From a virus (lineage: Duplodnaviria > Caudoviricetes): a stretch of 64,000 nt of DNA. Below are positions 26,661 through 37,774 of this stretch, piece by piece. The notes under the pieces are model-generated. The model was not told the DNA's origin. It ran no database searches and saw nothing but the letters and a program-made list of their open reading frames with translations. The first letter of the stretch is position 1; every line of letters begins with the position of its first letter. The position numbers were made by a program, and so were the translations under genes. Where the stretch lies: the IMG/VR virus record IMGVR_UViG_3300025784_000006, positions 64,001 to 128,000 of that record; one strand, 5' to 3'.

Positions 26661-29216
26661 CTACTTGCCCTGGACCCGCTTCCGCAGAGCTCCCGAGGCG
26701 AGCATCGCGACCCGCTGGATCTCAGCGTTCTGCTCCGCACTCGGCGAGATGATGCCGGCCTGCATGCTCTTGCGCATCGTGCGCACCTGCGCCTCAAGCT
26801 GCCGGAGGCCCTCTACCGATGCCTGAACTCCGGGACGCGGTGCACGCGGCTCCGGCGTGGTCTTGCCGGGGTCGAGCTTGCCCGCCTCGTAGTCGTCACC
26901 GAGCTCGCGATTCTCCTGCATGGTGAACTCGCCCGTGAAGGTCGAGTCGTTTGGGGTCAGGTCCTCCAGGGGACCAGACACCTCGCGCCCGATGTTCTCG
27001 GGGTCCCAGTCGGCCGCCTGCCGGCGCTGCGTGGCCTGACGAGGCTGAGCGACTGGAGCTGCCGCAGGGGCGGGGGCTGCCGCAGGGGCTGCCGCAGCAG
27101 GGGCTGCCGCAGGGGCTGCCGCAGCAGGGGCTGCGACAGGAGCGCCACCATCGAGGTGGTCAGCGACCTTGTCGGCGATCTGCGTGAACGCCTGAACGGC
27201 ACCGGGCGCGATCGCCAGGTCCGCCTGATTTTGCTGGAGCGCCATGACACACCGGTCAAGCTGCGCGGCCAGCTTGCGCCGCTCCCGAACCATAAGGGGA
27301 GAGAGGGTTGCATTCTTCGTGTGCGTCGGGGGTGCGGGACGCTTCGCTTCGGACATGGAACTATCCTCCTGCGCTGGGGGCCTAGATAGGGGCTGTATCG
27401 AGTCAGGGTCGACGACCTTCTTCGACAGGACGGACAGGTCGCCGGTCTTGACCGCATGTCGCACCTTGGCGAGGTGCGGGTCGTCGAGGGGGAGAGGCTC
27501 TACCTCCCCTGAGTCGAACAGTTGCTGTAGCAGCTCGTCAAGGGACTTCACGCCCGCTAGGACGAGGTTAGAGGTCGCGGCCTCGATCGCACCCTCGTCG
27601 GGAGGGTTGGCGCGCAGGTGCGAGAGCAGGTCCTTGGTAGCCGACCGGATCTTCTCATCACGCTTCGCTTTCTTGTTGGCACGCGACCGCAAGTCCTTGG
27701 CGCTCACGCGCTTGCGCCCCTTGGCGTCACCCTTCGATGTTGCGTTGAGGACCGCCTGCACGGTGGTGGCGTCCTCCAGGACGATCCGACGCACCGCGTC
27801 CCGAAGAACGGCCTTCTGACCTGCCCCAAGGCGCGGGCCCCCGTCAGTCCTCAGCAGGTCTCCCACGTCCTCGAACGGCCCGTCCTTCACGAGGTCCGCG
27901 AGGTCGTCGTTGTCCGCCTCTTGCAGTGCGTGGGACATTGCGGATCGTCCCTCTGGACCAAAGAAGGTGTCCGACGGGACGAGCATCGCCTCCGCCCGTC
28001 CCGCCTTGGCCATCACCTGGACGAGCTTACCGAACGAGGGGGACATCTCCGGCCGGAGCCGCACCTCCTTCCCCTTCTTGTCGCTCATGAACGACAGGTC
28101 TACGTCGTCGGCGTCCTCGTCATCGTCCCCAGAGGGCTCCAAGAAGGGGAACAGCTTGGCGGCATCATCCTTGGGCAGGATCGCGGGGTCTCCCTTAGGG
28201 AGTTTCTTGACCTTAGGCTTTGGTTCGTTGACGGGCTGGACGTAGGCGACGGGGTCCTCTCCCTCCAGGTAGCAGGCAAGGGCGAGCCCGTCGATGCGGG
28301 CCTCCAGGTTGGCGCGGCGTGGGTGGTCGTCCGCCATCCCCTGTAGCAGGAGGGCGGAGCGGTTGAGCGCCTTCTGCCGCTGCTCCCTCCCTGCCTGCCT
28401 GAAGATGTTGAAGGAGGCCCTCGCCGACCCCGCTAGGGCCTTGTCAGACATGTCGCTCTGAAGCGGCACGCCCGCGAGGCGCTCCGGGTTGGATACCAAG
28501 CTGTCGGTGACTGCGATGGCCGCTACAGCGGCCCCGAGCTGCTCGGGATTCGACTTCCCGCGCGCGTTGTTCTGCGCGCGGCGCACCTCATCGGCGACCC
28601 ACCCGAAGTTCTTCTTGGCGACCTGCTTGGCGACGAACCCCACCCGATCGCCAAACGCCTGCATCGCCTGGTCAAACTCAGCGTCCGGCAGGTCGAGCAT
28701 GGCCTTGACGTACGGGTGGTCGTCTCCTCCAAGGTCCGACTTCAGGGTCTCCCGGAAGCTGTCGCGGATCGCGGATAGGCGCTTCTGTCGGACCTCAGCA
28801 CGGTCCTCTGGGGACTCCTCGTCATCGAACTCCTCCTCCCCATCCTCGTCGTCAGACTCCTCCGCACCATCTGCGATCGCCTTGGCACGCTCCTCGTCGG
28901 GAGCAGAGGTGGGATGGTCCGCGTCCGGCGGCCACACCCCCCAGGCAGAGTCCGCCTGCCAGTAGTCGCCCGGCCGCTTCTTCTTCTCGTCTCGCTGGAC
29001 GCGCCGCGCCCCTACGACCTTGTAGTTGAGCGACAGGTCGGCGTCTTCTCCCCCAACATCTGGGTCGGGGTCGACCTCCATCCTGTGCCTTTGCAGGTCG
29101 TGACGTGGGGGCTTCTTCGTGGGGGGAGGACGGACGTTGCGCTCGGCCTCCCGGTCCTCACGCTCCGCGTGGTCGAGAGTCGCCCAGAAGGAGCGGGCTG
29201 ACGAGTCGAACTCCAT
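26661..29216 (-). CDS. Large hypothetical head-module protein (851 aa)
   Basis: Long ORF between portal and protease genes; contains an Ala/Pro repeat linker. Confidence 0.75.
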   Translation of the reverse strand: MEFDSSARSFWATLDHAEREDREAERNVRPPPTKKPPRHDLQRHRMEVDPDPDVGGEDADLSLNYKVVGARRVQRDEKKKRPGDYWQADSAWGVWPPDADHPTSAPDEERAKAIADGAEESDDEDGEEEFDDEESPEDRAEVRQKRLSAIRDSFRETLKSDLGGDDHPYVKAMLDLPDAEFDQAMQAFGDRVGFVAKQVAKKNFGWVADEVRRAQNNARGKSNPEQLGAAVAAIAVTDSLVSNPERLAGVPLQSDMSDKALAGSARASFNIFRQAGREQRQKALNRSALLLQGMADDHPRRANLEARIDGLALACYLEGEDPVAYVQPVNEPKPKVKKLPKGDPAILPKDDAAKLFPFLEPSGDDDEDADDVDLSFMSDKKGKEVRLRPEMSPSFGKLVQVMAKAGRAEAMLVPSDTFFGPEGRSAMSHALQEADNDDLADLVKDGPFEDVGDLLRTDGGPRLGAGQKAVLRDAVRRIVLEDATTVQAVLNATSKGDAKGRKRVSAKDLRSRANKKAKRDEKIRSATKDLLSHLRANPPDEGAIEAATSNLVLAGVKSLDELLQQLFDSGEVEPLPLDDPHLAKVRHAVKTGDLSVLSKKVVDPDSIQPLSRPPAQEDSSMSEAKRPAPPTHTKNATLSPLMVRERRKLAAQLDRCVMALQQNQADLAIAPGAVQAFTQIADKVADHLDGGAPVAAPAAAAPAAAPAAAAPAAAPAPAAAPVAQPRQATQRRQAADWDPENIGREVSGPLEDLTPNDSTFTGEFTMQENRELGDDYEAGKLDPGKTTPEPRAPRPGVQASVEGLRQLEAQVRTMRKSMQAGIISPSAEQNAEIQRVAMLASGALRKRVQGK
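27054..27133. repeat. Imperfect GGGGCTGCCGCA(GCA) repeats encoding (A3-4P)n
   Basis: Visible in DNA and in protein (APAAAAPAAAPAAAAPAAAPAPAAAP). Confidence 0.85.
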
Positions 29217-29238
29217 ACAACCGACTCACCTAGAACGC

Positions 29239-31257
29239 CTATACCGGGCTGACAGCAGGCGCGGGGGCCTGCTGTCGGGCGAGCGCCGCCGTGACCACAC
29301 CCTCCACGAGCACCGAGAGCTTGTGGTCCAAGGCGTCCACGAAGGACGCGAGCTGCGCGTCCCGTACGGCCCGCTTGGACTTCTTGCTGGCGAAGCGACT
29401 CATCGAGGGGTCCGGTCCAGGCTTCATGGTGATCCCGAGCGATGCGGCGATGCGGTCAGAGAGGTCTGAAGACTCCGCGATCTTCTGCGCGACCGCCCCG
29501 TAGATGGCGCGGGGGAGCTCGTTGAAGGTGGGATCGTTCACCGTGAACAGGTCGTGCTTGACGCGCGTCTTGATGGCGTCCCCGTCGAGGCCGAGCACGT
29601 CGTAGATGGTCTCCACGTCGAGGCTGCCCTTCTGATAAAGATTGAAGAGCGCGTCGAACACCTCCTGGTGGTCACGGATCCCGATGCGAGTGAACGACAG
29701 GCGCGGGAACACGGTCTGTAGGTTGCCGTCCTCGTCCTCCTCGACGAACCCCATCCTCGCGCACATGGGCTCAAGGATCTGGAAGTCCACGAAGTTGCAG
29801 AGCTGCTCGCGTCGCAGCATGTCGCGCCAGTTGATGACCTCCAGGTTGATGCGATCTCCCGAGTAGCTCGCCTCACCGGACAGCAGGCTCTCGGTCACCC
29901 CGAGACCCGCGTACAGGTGGCGGTCGATGCGATCGTGCTCGGAGGTGAGCTCAAGGAGCCGGTTCTCCTGCCCGCCGCCCCGCTCCTCCCAGTGGACCTC
30001 GAAGTTGGTCACGATGCTGTAGTCGGGGTCCTGGAGCGCCAGGTCCACCTGGTCGCGCAGGTCGTCTACCTGCGCCTGCGACATGTTCTCTCCCCACACG
30101 ATGCGGTAGGGAGTCATGTGACGAGACGCGATGCTCGTCTGGGCCTGCCGGATCTTGTCCTCGAACACGAGGTCCCGCAGGCAGCGCTGAAGCACCGAGG
30201 CTCCTCTGAGCTGGTAGTCGGTGCGCCGCCGCGAGAGGTACGCGACGAACGAACCCGCGTAGGGATCGGTGTTGAGCGGGATGGGCTGCCCGGAGCGGAC
30301 GAAGTCGACGACGTCCGGCGACATCGTCGCGACCACCTGACGCGCCCGCTCGTCCCCGTTGTCGGCCTTCTCGACGAGTTCCTTCGCGCGATCGTCGGGC
30401 ATGAGGTCGAACGTCCGCAGGTCCGTGTGCGGGTACGCCTCCATGTTGACACGGTCAGCCGGCAAGGTGCGGATCGTCGTCCACCCCTTGTAGTTCTTCT
30501 TGAGCCACGCGACCTCACGCTCCTTGGCGTCAGGGCGCTGGTTCCAGACCTTGCGGAGGTCGCCCGTCTGAGAGTCTGGGACGAGCACCTCCTCCCCCAC
30601 CACATCAGGAGGCATGTCCGGCGTGGTGTCCTCGATGAACGCGTAGCAGTCCCCAAAGAGGGACATCTCGTGCGTCACGACCATGAGGCGGTCCAGCAGC
30701 TTGATCCGGTCCGCCCAGCGCTCACAGAAGCGCATCGCAGCGTCGGCCATCGCCTTGTTCTTGGCGGCCGGACGCTTGAGGCGCACCTTCGACAGCAGCA
30801 TCTCGGTGCGCAGGTCGATCGCCTGACCAACCACCGGGTGGTTGTCGTAGAACCACTGGTAGAACATGCGCAGCTCTTCCTGGCTCTGCGGGAGCTCTAG
30901 GAAGTCCGTCGAAAGCTGCGGGCTATAGTAGTTCCCACCCGACCCGAGCATGACCGACGAGGGGAGGTCGCCACCCTGTGACATCGCGGCCGTACGCCGA
31001 CTGAAGATCGGCCGCGGGATAACGGTCCGAGGAGGACCCGCCGACACCGGTGGATTCCCCCCTACCGCACCGCGCGAGGGGACCTTTCCGACCACAACGC
31101 CGTCAGGTGTATTGGCCGCCTGACGCGGTGAGGGACGCTGCGACTTACTCGACGACTTGCGCGACGAGCGACCCTGTGAGCTGGGATTTCCTCGCTGAGG
31201 TCTTGGGTTCTTAGCCGCTTGCTTCTTGTCACGCCGTCGCTGTCGATTGCGTCCCAT
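29239..31257 (-). CDS. Portal protein
   Basis: FYDNHPVVGQAIDL, SLFGDCY, RGASVLQR, AGLGVTESLLSGEASYS are portal-like; adjacent to terminase. The true start may be downstream of 31257. Confidence 0.8.
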   Translation of the reverse strand: MGRNRQRRRDKKQAAKNPRPQRGNPSSQGRSSRKSSSKSQRPSPRQAANTPDGVVVGKVPSRGAVGGNPPVSAGPPRTVIPRPIFSRRTAAMSQGGDLPSSVMLGSGGNYYSPQLSTDFLELPQSQEELRMFYQWFYDNHPVVGQAIDLRTEMLLSKVRLKRPAAKNKAMADAAMRFCERWADRIKLLDRLMVVTHEMSLFGDCYAFIEDTTPDMPPDVVGEEVLVPDSQTGDLRKVWNQRPDAKEREVAWLKKNYKGWTTIRTLPADRVNMEAYPHTDLRTFDLMPDDRAKELVEKADNGDERARQVVATMSPDVVDFVRSGQPIPLNTDPYAGSFVAYLSRRRTDYQLRGASVLQRCLRDLVFEDKIRQAQTSIASRHMTPYRIVWGENMSQAQVDDLRDQVDLALQDPDYSIVTNFEVHWEERGGGQENRLLELTSEHDRIDRHLYAGLGVTESLLSGEASYSGDRINLEVINWRDMLRREQLCNFVDFQILEPMCARMGFVEEDEDGNLQTVFPRLSFTRIGIRDHQEVFDALFNLYQKGSLDVETIYDVLGLDGDAIKTRVKHDLFTVNDPTFNELPRAIYGAVAQKIAESSDLSDRIAASLGITMKPGPDPSMSRFASKKSKRAVRDAQLASFVDALDHKLSVLVEGVVTAALARQQAPAPAVSPV

Positions 31258-31260
31258 AGG

Positions 31261-31745
<485 letters not shown>

Positions 31746-31749
<4 letters not shown>

Positions 31750-33752
31750 CGGGACCTCCCGAGCCCGAGACCCCGAGGCCCATGACCTCGAGGTCCCGCG
31801 TTGCGCATCCCCATGTTGCGCAGAGTGTCAAGACCTCCACCCAAGACGTGGGGCCGATTCTGGTTGTGCAGCAGGCGCGCGTAACCAGCCGGCGGGAGCG
31901 TCCTCACCCCGGGCATCGCCATGCGGGGTTGCTTGCTCTTGGCCTGGGAAGCGGCCCAGATCATGCGGGCAAGCGCGTCGGCCTGATCGTCATGCTTTCC
32001 AGTCGACTTAGGAGCTTCCACCTCGATGATGTACTTGGACCGACGCTTCTGCTGTAGCTCCAGGAGCTCCTGGATGTAACCGCAGTGCTCCCCCTTGGTA
32101 GGGTCCATAGGGAGGGGCCAGTCGTACAGGACGATCTTTCGGTCGAGCAGGTGGTCCTTGAAGTTGCGGTACACCTGTGAGGAGACCGGGCCCGTGAAGA
32201 AGATCGCCTCGATCTGCCGTAGCCCCCGGCGTAGAAGCGCCTGCTCGAAGGGCACGCCGGCCCACTGGTCCGCGATGCCGCGCGCGATGAGGAACTTGTC
32301 GCAGTAGCTCGCCACCCAGTCGGCGACCTGCTCGAAGTCCAGACGGTTGAGCTCGGCAAAGTCCCCCTCGCCCGCACGGATCTCATCCACGACGTCGACG
32401 ACGATCCGCTCCTCGTCGTCGTAGTGTCCTATGGCCACCGCGCTCCCGTCGCCGGACAGGGCGACGTCGACCCCCATGTAGTGTTCCTGTCGCGGGATGC
32501 CTCGCACCGCGGGCCGGCGGTCGGGCTGCACGCAGTTGAGCAGGTCGTCCTTGTTCTCGATCCACCCACGGGTTTGATCCGAGAACTGCGCGCCATACTC
32601 CGTGAAGAAGACTGTAGCGTCCTTGACGAACTCCTTCTCAAGCTCGGAGACCTCCAAGGTGGGATTGACCTCCCAGGAGGGGGCCTGGATGGCCAGCATC
32701 TTGGAGGCTGCCGCCCCACCGAGCATGGCGATCTGGTACATCTCGAAGAAGTGTCCCTGCCGACCAAGCGGGGACGAGATGTGGATGAACCGCCCTTCGA
32801 CGGGACCGACCGGCCGGCGCGACACGGGGTCTTTGGGACTGAAGGCAGACATCGAGGGGGCCAGCGCGCGGTAGACTTCCTCCGCCGAGGACTGACCCCC
32901 GTCGTTGAAGTGGGCCTCCTCGTCGAGGATGACGACGAGGTTGCCGTGACCACGAAGTCCCTTGGCGCGGCAGGGGTTGAAGGTGATCTTCAGGGTCGCC
33001 CCCGCCTTGTCGTCATCCGCGTAGCGCCCGTACTGCCGGATGTCGGCCGGCGTCTGGAGCCGCGCGTAGCTCATCGTGCTGTTGGCGAGGTAGGGGGCGT
33101 AGAAGTCGCGCAGCTTGAGGTAGCCGTTCGCCTTGTTGAAGAGGATGCCCGCCTGATCCTCACCGGTAGCCACCGTAGTGAGGAGGATCTCCTCCCCCTT
33201 AGGGAGGCCGTAGTAGACCTGCGGGTCGTCTAGCGCGATGAGTCGGGCCACCTCGTAGGCGGTCACGATGGCGCTCATCTGAGTCTTGCCGGCGCGGCGA
33301 CCGATGGCGAGCACCAGCTCACGACGCTGCACACCCGGGGTGACCTCCCGGATGTTGCAGCGGCCCTGCTCGTAGAGCATGCGCAGGTAGCCTGCCTCGG
33401 TGAGGACGCGCCGACTCTTGCTGGAGCGTCGGAAGTCGGTGACCACCACCCGGTACCGGTAGGTCCCGTACTCAGGGTCGTCCGGACGCAGGCGCGTCTC
33501 CGCGATCTCCGCGTAGGCCGGGTGCTTCGGGTCGATGGGGGCGTCGAGGTCGACTCCGTACGGGTTGTCGTCGAGCGGGAGGCCATAGTACGCCTTGAGG
33601 ATCACCCGCTGGACGGGATAGAGCGGCTGGTCGAGCCCGAACGGCCCCTCCACGAACGTGATGATGTCTGAGAACGACTGGGACCCCGCGAGGTTCTTAG
33701 GCCCGTGCAGGACGTCGTGTACCAGAGACCCGTACTCGCTCTTGCGCGCCAT
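31746..33752 (-). CDS. terL: Terminase large subunit
   Basis: Walker A GRRAGKT, Walker B VILDEEAH, motif ISSP, nuclease MGVDVA and HDDQADA. Confidence 0.92.
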
Positions 33753-33755
33753 CGA

Positions 33756-34430
33756 CTAAGCCCCCTGGGCGGCCTTCTGCATGCGCGCACGCAACTGCGT
33801 CTCCCAGCTTGGGTCAGACATCGCGCGCCCAAGGATGGAGAACATGGAGTCAACAGCCTCCTGACGCATGCCGGCCTTCGTCATGCTCTCCCGCACACAC
33901 TCCAGCGTGGCGCGAACCACCTCCTTGACCGCAGGAGACTTGGGGTCGAGCTGCGCTCCCCCGCTCACCTGGTCAAAGCGATGCGCGAGCTTCTCGTGCA
34001 GGTTGGCGAGCGCCCGAATGCGCTTCACGGTGAGGTCGGCCGCCTCCGACCGACGTGTAGGGTCGACCTTACTGCGCAGGAAGTCGAGGCGCGCGATGTC
34101 GGAACCGATCTCCTGGGCCACCTGCGCGAGGATGCGCGGATCGTCCGGGTCGCGACGGATCATCGCGACGATCCCGTCTTTCCGCACGTGGTCCCCCATC
34201 TGGATCTGATAGGCGGCCCCCTGATCGGTAGCAGATGTCGCGGCCGTCTTGGACGGTCGCCCTCCGTCCCCCAGCCACACGGTAGCGGCACCATCAGACG
34301 GGCGGGTCTGGATGTCGTCGTCCTCGGTCACCTCCGCGATCGGCTTGTACTGGCGGCGGCCGTCCTTCCCGATGACGAGGACGCGGGTCGTCCCTGGAGG
34401 GAGCGTCGTTAGGATGTCTGCGTTGCTCAT
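33756..34430 (-). CDS. Hypothetical protein, possible terminase small subunit
   Basis: Helical 224-aa ORF immediately upstream of terL; the call rests on position. Confidence 0.5.
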   Translation of the reverse strand: MSNADILTTLPPGTTRVLVIGKDGRRQYKPIAEVTEDDDIQTRPSDGAATVWLGDGGRPSKTAATSATDQGAAYQIQMGDHVRKDGIVAMIRRDPDDPRILAQVAQEIGSDIARLDFLRSKVDPTRRSEAADLTVKRIRALANLHEKLAHRFDQVSGGAQLDPKSPAVKEVVRATLECVRESMTKAGMRQEAVDSMFSILGRAMSDPSWETQLRARMQKAAQGA

Positions 34431-34894
34431 CGCGCGAAGACCTCAGGCTTTGGGGGACTCGGCGGAGCGACCGCCTCCCCCGTGGACGGGTTGACGGTCA
34501 GGCACGGAGGTCCCCAGTTGTACGGTGCCGCGACGCGCAGACTCTCCTCCGGGGTGCGCGCGCGAACGAACAGGGTCGTTCCCGTCGCGGAGACGCGATA
34601 CCCACGCAACGCCAGAGCCTTCAGGAGGTTCTGAGCCGTATCCGTCGCACCCGCTCCCACGATGAAGTCTACGTGAGGGGCCAGTATGAGGTCGTCAACC
34701 TCCAACCACGTCCGCACCTTGTCGAAGGCATTCGAGGTGACGACCACCTGCACGTAGGGGTCGAAGCTCGACGGGAGACCCACTAGGTCGGTCACCCCGC
34801 GCTCAAAACCAAGCGCGAGGTGCTCGGCCGCGAGGAGGAGGCCGTTCGGAAGGACGCGCCCGCGCGCCGCATGGACTATAGCCCCAAACCTCAC
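34427..34894 (-). CDS. Hypothetical protein
   Basis: GTG start overlaps the upstream stop (GTGA); ATGA-coupled downstream. Confidence 0.6.
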   Translation of the reverse strand: MRFGAIVHAARGRVLPNGLLLAAEHLALGFERGVTDLVGLPSSFDPYVQVVVTSNAFDKVRTWLEVDDLILAPHVDFIVGAGATDTAQNLLKALALRGYRVSATGTTLFVRARTPEESLRVAAPYNWGPPCLTVNPSTGEAVAPPSPPKPEVFAR

Positions 34895-36501
34895 GACGTC
34901 TTGTCCTTGGGGGCCGTCGCCACCTTGAGCCCGTACACGAGACACGTAGGTCCCTTGCCCGGAAGGTTCGCCAGGTTCGTGCAGCCCACGCAGCGAGAGC
35001 TGGCCAGGACCACCTGAGGGCGGGGGCCCTCGACCACGCGCAGCCGTCGCGCCTCCGCCACGCATCCCTTGATGCTGTTAGGCGTGAGGTGCGCGTCCGC
35101 GTAGACGTACTCAACGCCAGCCCGTCCCTCATGGACGGCTCGAAGCGACCGAACGACGGGCGCACACGCCTGGACGAGGCGAGGAGCCCAACGTGATGCC
35201 GTCTCGGCCTCAAGGGTCGACCCCGAGAGGCCCCGAGCGACGGCGGTTCGAGCCCACTGTAGGTAGGCACGCACGTCCGCCGCAAACAGACCATGCGTGG
35301 ATGCGATGCGCTCCACCGCACTCGGCCCCGGAGCCTCCACCTGCACGGTGTGCATGGGTAGCGCCGAGTAGACGGGGCCCTCATACGCCTTGGGAGCCTT
35401 GGGAGCGGTTGGGGCTGGAACCGTTGAAGCCGCCTTCGACCGTGGGGGCGGACTGGCGGGCGTGGGCTTCATCGCTGGGCGTGGAGCCGTGGAGGCCCCG
35501 CGCAGCCTGACCCCTTCCCCCTGGTACGTAGTCCCTCGCGCCGCGGCCGTCGTGATGTCGCGCACAGCCTTCGCCACCACCTCCTCGCGGAGCAGGGGCT
35601 GGGAGAGGAGAGTAGCCGCCGTCTTCTGGTCGATGATGCGGTTCTCGGCAAGCGCGGCCACCTGCCGACGGATCCGCATGTCGGGGCGGGCCGCCGCAGG
35701 AGTCGGAGGGGGGGCAGGCGGGGGTGTCCACGAGCTCCCCTCTCGCTGGTAGATCGAGACGACAGGTCCTCGACCACGTGGGTCAACGCGACCCCGCTCC
35801 ACGAAGAGGAACGCGGCCTGGAGAGCGCGCGCGGGGTCCTGCGTGACGGGTGGGAGGGATGCACCCTCCGCGCTAAGGCGCGGGGCGTACTCCCGGTACG
35901 CCTCGTTCCAGGGCACGCTTGCTACGACCCGGAGGATGTTGCCGGCCGCCTCCGCCTTACGGAGAGCGCGAGCCTCCTTGTCGATCACGTAGCGCGCCTG
36001 CGGGCAACGCCGCCGCAGGATCTTCGCCCACTTGACCAGGCCACCTGGAAAGGCGGCCAGCCGGATGAAGACGCGCCCCGCCAGGCCGTCATCCGCTCGC
36101 AGCACGGAGGCGACCGAAGCGGCGCGTGTCGCCCCAAACCTCTCCCCGAGGTCGTGGAGTATCTGCTCAGCCGACTCTCCGAAATGGATCCGCTGGGAGG
36201 CCAGACGAAGCGCCTGCTGGAAAGCTGCGGGGTTCTTTGGCGTCTCCAGGTCCGGGGAGTACTCCGCGGGGTCGACGACCGGCCCCATGCGGGGCAGGTT
36301 CTTGTCCCAGAAGGCGCGCAGCGTAGCCGCGGTGTCGAGCGGGGGCTCCCCCTGCCGGCGCTGCCCGAACACGACCGCGCTCGGCACGTCCATCCAGGAC
36401 AGGTCCGACAGGCCCGCCTGCCGCTGGAAGTGCGTGGGGTCGGAGAGGAACGAGTCGTCCTGGGTCTCGTGAAGGAATCCAGGTAGGTCGCGAATGCTCA
36501 T
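34891..36501 (-). CDS. Hypothetical protein (536 aa) with a Cys-rich C-terminus
   Basis: Coupled ORF; C-terminal GC...RCVGC...TCLVY. Confidence 0.72.
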   Translation of the reverse strand: MSIRDLPGFLHETQDDSFLSDPTHFQRQAGLSDLSWMDVPSAVVFGQRRQGEPPLDTAATLRAFWDKNLPRMGPVVDPAEYSPDLETPKNPAAFQQALRLASQRIHFGESAEQILHDLGERFGATRAASVASVLRADDGLAGRVFIRLAAFPGGLVKWAKILRRRCPQARYVIDKEARALRKAEAAGNILRVVASVPWNEAYREYAPRLSAEGASLPPVTQDPARALQAAFLFVERGRVDPRGRGPVVSIYQREGSSWTPPPAPPPTPAAARPDMRIRRQVAALAENRIIDQKTAATLLSQPLLREEVVAKAVRDITTAAARGTTYQGEGVRLRGASTAPRPAMKPTPASPPPRSKAASTVPAPTAPKAPKAYEGPVYSALPMHTVQVEAPGPSAVERIASTHGLFAADVRAYLQWARTAVARGLSGSTLEAETASRWAPRLVQACAPVVRSLRAVHEGRAGVEYVYADAHLTPNSIKGCVAEARRLRVVEGPRPQVVLASSRCVGCTNLANLPGKGPTCLVYGLKVATAPKDKTS

Positions 36502-37166
36502 GGGGTGTCCCCTTCGTCGGTATCTTCTTCGTCAGTGTCCTCGTCCGCGATGTCCCCTTCGCTCTTCTCCTCCTCGTCGCGAGCCCACCCCTCCGGGTCC
36601 TCCCGGATGTGGTTGACGTCCTGCATGATCTCGCGGACGCGCCGTCGCTCACGCGGGCTGATCTCGCCCTGGTCCTGCCAGTGAGGGGCGTAGATCTCGT
36701 CGTGGAGCGTGTCCATAAGCGACGAGAGCGCCTCGGTGCAGTTCATGTAGAGCTTCCGCATGTCGGGGATCTTCTGGATGTATCCCCGACCCCCAAGGTT
36801 GCCGTCCGGACTGATGAGCCGGCTCTTGAGCTTGGAGAAGTCGTTGTGCGCGGAGAGCGCGTGCCCGAGCGCCATCGCGGTCGACCTCAGGCAGCGAATG
36901 AGGGGCTTGAGGTTCGCGGTGTCGAACGCGTAGCCCGTCGCGATCTCGCGACGGCTCGGGTTCTGGTTCGGCCAGGCCCACTGGTTGTCGTCGCCCGAGC
37001 GGTCCTTAATGAATCGAACTTCACCTGCCGTACGTGTCTTGCCGCGACGATCTCCCGATTCGAGGGCGTCGCAAAGACGCAGGATCGCCGCCACACGGCC
37101 TCGCCAGCAGCGCTGCTGGTGCTGCGCAACGAGCCGAGCAACTACGTGCTTGTCAGGTGACTTCAT
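36498..37166 (-). CDS. Hypothetical protein
   Basis: First gene of the packaging operon; SPDGNLGGRGYIQKI; acidic tail. Confidence 0.72.
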   Translation of the reverse strand: MKSPDKHVVARLVAQHQQRCWRGRVAAILRLCDALESGDRRGKTRTAGEVRFIKDRSGDDNQWAWPNQNPSRREIATGYAFDTANLKPLIRCLRSTAMALGHALSAHNDFSKLKSRLISPDGNLGGRGYIQKIPDMRKLYMNCTEALSSLMDTLHDEIYAPHWQDQGEISPRERRRVREIMQDVNHIREDPEGWARDEEEKSEGDIADEDTDEEDTDEGDTP

Positions 37167-37214
37167 GGACTCCGCCTCAATGGTGGGCGGTATATAGCGG
37201 CGGTATGGTGGGCC

Positions 37215-37370
37215 ATGCCGTTATCTCCCGCAGAGCGAGCCAGACGACAACGTGCCCGCAGGATGGCCCACGGTTGGAAGGAAGTGAAGGTATGGGTACC
37301 TTCCGAGAAGGACGCAGAGGCGATCAGGAAGCTGGCAGCCCAGAAACGAGCCAAAGCTCCTAGACCTTGA
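37215..37370 (+). CDS. 51-aa basic DNA-binding/antitoxin-like peptide (DUF3018-like)
   Basis: MPLSPAERARRQRARRMAHGWKEVKVWVPSEKDAEAIRKLAAQKRAKAPRP. TATGGT lies 5 nt before the ATG. Not in the ORF track. Confidence 0.65.
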   Translation: MPLSPAERARRQRARRMAHGWKEVKVWVPSEKDAEAIRKLAAQKRAKAPRP

Positions 37371-37773
37371 GCGGATGACCCGCGGGGTCGAACAGGCGGC
37401 AGAGCACCACGCGGCCCTCGTCATCCTGCTCGAACCCCCACAAGTCGCGCGTGGCCCGATGCACGAGTTCTCCAGGTTCTGCGCGCAGCGTGAAGCCCTG
37501 GTCAACTACGTCGGCAACAGAGGCGGCCAGCCTCGACAGGTGAGGTGGAGGAGTCGATCGTGGGTCTCCAGCGATGAACTGCGGGTTCATGAGCTTGAGG
37601 CCACTATCCGTGAAGGTTGCCACGAGGCCCTGCTCGAGGAACGTGATGGGGCGGCCAGGCTGACGCAGCCCAACGACCGTAGCGGTTCGTGGCAGCAGGC
37701 GGGTCAACGGGAGGCGAAGCGGGACCCCCATGCGAAGATCTGGGCGTCCTGGCAGCAGAATACGGTTTGGCAT
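37360..37773 (-). CDS. Hypothetical protein
   Basis: LVHRATRDLW...VLCRLFD..G.PLKV; adjacent to the upstream gene. Confidence 0.7.
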   Translation of the reverse strand: MPNRILLPGRPDLRMGVPLRLPLTRLLPRTATVVGLRQPGRPITFLEQGLVATFTDSGLKLMNPQFIAGDPRSTPPPHLSRLAASVADVVDQGFTLRAEPGELVHRATRDLWGFEQDDEGRVVLCRLFDPAGHPLKV

Positions 37774-37774
37774 G

